Below are positions 61,402 to 64,000 of a stretch of DNA of 64,000 bases, piece by piece. Origin of the DNA: Mobula hypostoma. Taxonomy: Eukaryota. Position 1 is the stretch's first letter. Every line of letters starts with the position of its first letter. The notes beneath the pieces were generated by a model, which saw only the letters and a program-made list of their open reading frames with translations, was not told the DNA's origin and searched no databases. Location of the stretch: contig NC_086097.1 in NCBI RefSeq assembly GCF_963921235.1, forward strand, positions 135,472,001 to 135,536,000, given 5' to 3'. The translations under genes were made by a program, and so were the position numbers.

Positions 61402-61484
61402 TGATGGTAGTTAAGTCACCTGGACCAAGTGATTTACACCCGAGAGTCCCAAAAGAGGTAGGTGAAGTGATTATGGTGGCATTA

Positions 61485-61796
61485 AAGGCATCCGTTAGTC
61501 TTGCGAGACCATGGACCTCTGCCTGGAAAGTCTTCACTCTCCAGGGCGCAGGCCTGGGCAAGGTTGTATGGAAGACCAACAGTTGCCCATGCTGCAAGTC
61601 TCCCCTCTCCACGACACCGATGTTGCCCAAGGGAAGGGCATTAGGACCCATACAGCTTGGCACCAGTGTTGTCACAGAGCAATGTGTGGTTAAGTGCCTT
61701 GCTCAAGGACACAACACGTTCCCTCGGCTGGGGCATAAATTCATGACCTTCAGGTCACTAGTCCAATGCCTTAACCACTTGGCCACGTGCCCACAC
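61485..61796 (-). mobile_element. tRNA-derived SINE (same head and core as 22799-23078, different tail)
   Basis: 13-bp TSD tatggtggcatta (61472-61484, 61797-61809). Confidence 0.9.
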
Positions 61797-63489
61797 TATG
61801 GTGGCATTAGTAATGATCTATCAAGAATCACGAGATTCAAATCACAAATTACAAATGTCACTTCACCCTTTAAGAAGGGAGCAGGGCAAAAGAAAGGAAA
61901 TTATAGGCCAGTTAACCTGACCTCAGTGGTTGAGAAGATGTTGGGAGTCCATTATTAAGGATGAGGTTTTGGTGTACTTGGAAGCACACAATAAAATAGG
62001 CCAAAAGGTAGCAAGGTTTCCTTAAGGGGAAACCTTGCATGACAAATCTGCTGGAATTCTTTGAGGAAATAACAGGCAGGGCGGACAAAGGGGAATCGGT
62101 TGATGATGTGTATTTAGATTTTCAGAAGGACTTTGACAAGGTGCCACATGAGGCTTCTTAATAAGATAAGAATCCATGGTATTACAGGAAAGATACTATC
62201 ATGGATAGAAGATTGGCTGACTGTCAGAAGGCAAAGAAGGGAATAAAGGGGGCCTTTTCTGGTTGGCTGCCAGTGAATAGTGGTGTTACACGGGGGCTGG
62301 TGTTGGGATCGCTTCTTTTCACATTATATATCCAATGATTTGGACAAAGGAATTGATGTTTTTGTGGCTAAGTTTGCAGATGATATGAAGATAGATGGAG
62401 TGGTGCGTCGTGTTGAGGAAGCAGGGAGTCTGCAGAAGGATTTAGACAGGTTAGGAGAATCAGTAAAGAGTGTTGGGGAGTGTATGGTCACATACTTTGG
62501 TAGAAGGAATAAAGGTGTAGACTATTCTCTAAATGGGAAGAAAATTAAAAAAATCAAGGTGCAAAGGGACTTGGGTGCCCTTGTGAAGGATTCCCTAAGG
62601 GTTAACTTCTAGGATGAGTTGGTGGTAAGGAAGGTAAATGCAATGTTAGCATTCATTTTGAGAGGACTAGAATATAAGATCAAGTCTGTGATGCTGAGGC
62701 TTTATAAGTATTTGGTCTGATCACACAAAGTATTTTAAGTAGTTTTGGGCCCCTTACCTAAGAAAAGATGTGCTGGCATTGGAGAAGTCCAGAGGAGGTT
62801 CAGGGGAATGAAAGGGTTAACATATAGGGAGTGTTTGATGGCTCTGGGCCTGTAAATTCTGGAGTTCAGAAGAATGGGCGGCGAGGGATCTCACTCAAAC
62901 CCATCAAATAGTGAAAGGCCTAGATACAGCGGATGTGGAGAGGATGTTTCCTATATTCGGGGAGCCTAGGACAAGAGGGCAAAACCTTCATCAATTTAGA
63001 TCAGAGGTGAGGAGGATTTTCTTTAGCCAGAGATTAGTGAATCTGTGGAATTCATTGCCATAGATGGCTATGGAGGCCAAATCATTGAATATATTTAAAG
63101 TGGAGATTGATAGGTTCGTGATTATTCAGGGTGTCAAAGATGCAGGAGATTGGGGTTGAGAAGGATAATAAATCAACCATGATGGAATGATGGAGCAGAC
63201 ATGATGGTCTAATTCTACTCCTACATCTTACGGTCTTATGACATTAGTGGTTTGTTAATCTGATTTTTGAGGGCATGCTTCCATTTATCATGTTAAAATC
63301 CATTTTGTGCCCTTTTCACAATACTTAACTGTCCCTGATGCAGGGTTAGTCTCAACCCAAAATGTCGATTGCTCATTTGCTTCGACATATGCTGCCTGAC
63401 CTGCTGAAATCCTCCAGCATTTTGTTTTTCTTTTTGCTCCTTATTACAGTATCTACAGTCTATTCTGTTTCAATTGTCGAAGTGCAATT

Positions 63490-64000
63490 TAAAATCTATT
63501 GAGCTTTTCACTTTCCAGTCCCATTTTTTCTATTTTTTTAATCACCTATGTCTGATGTAGTTTTTAAAGAGTGGAATAGATTGGGTATTAAATATTTTTA
63601 TGATTTGTTTGTTGAAGATACTCTCTCTTCATTTGAACAACTGTCAATTAAGTATAGCCTACCGAGAACTCACTTTTTTCGATATTTACAAATTAGAGAC
63701 TTTCTGCGTTCTCAAGTTCATACATTTCCTAAAAGTCCAGATAAAAATTTACTTGATATAATTTTTAATTTGAAACCCTTCCAAAATGCATCTATTTCTA
63801 ATATTTATGCTATGTTGTCGGGAATAAGAAATATTCCTTTAGATAAAATTAAAAATCTTTGGGAACAAGATTTACAGATTCCAATTTATGAGGACACTTG
63901 GAATGAAATTTTTAAATTGGTTAATACTTCTTCATCATGTGCCCGTCATTCCCTTCTACAATTTAAAGTGTTCATCGAGCCCATATGTCTAAAGATAAGC
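63490..64000 (+). mobile_element. L1-clade LINE ORF2 C-terminal fragment (runs off the window)
   Basis: DLFVEDTLSSFEQLSIKYSLPRTHFFRYLQIRDF...WEQDL...SSSCARHSLLQFKV. Confidence 0.85.

Larger units (their letters stand above)
60330..63240 (+). mobile_element. Degenerate CR1 LINE ORF2 interrupted by a Penelope composite and a SINE
   Basis: KVLGKLKCLKVD | KSPGPSDLHPRV | NYRPVNLTSVV, KFADD, and 3' UTR. Confidence 0.88.

Noticed and set aside
780..63430. Recurrent ~100-bp repeat as a CRISPR-like or satellite array
   Set aside because: Dispersed in both orientations with individual TSDs and linked to GIY-YIG remnants; it is the Penelope terminal repeat in a eukaryotic genome.

Overview
This is vertebrate genomic DNA, most likely from an elasmobranch (shark or ray). 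That assignment is inferred from the repeat landscape: HE1/V-type tRNA SINEs, CR1, Rex/Babar, L2, L1, Penelope, hAT and Tc1/pogo. The window is dominated by transposable elements and contains no intact host protein-coding gene that I can name. A CpG-island promoter at about 57.8-58.5 kb appears to drive a minus-strand transcript, with candidate exons at 58161 upward, 53546-53662 and possibly 45167-45251. It may also drive a divergent plus-strand transcript. Three things stand out. (1) A decayed multi-exon minus-strand gene at about 6.4-29 kb, whose exon remnants line up in order with motifs I recall from CCDC142; several exons are split by transposons and rejoin in frame when the insertions are removed. 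(2) A near-intact full-length CR1 LINE (9393-13768) whose ORF2 has no usable AUG; it is reachable by a -1 shift at a canonical U_UUA_AAC slippery heptamer directly before the ORF1 stop. (3) Many Penelope-derived repeats carrying minimal type I hammerhead ribozyme motifs, in tandem (retrozyme-like) and inverted, TSD-flanked arrangements. Family assignments come from motif recognition by eye with no database search, and boundaries of degraded repeats are approximate.
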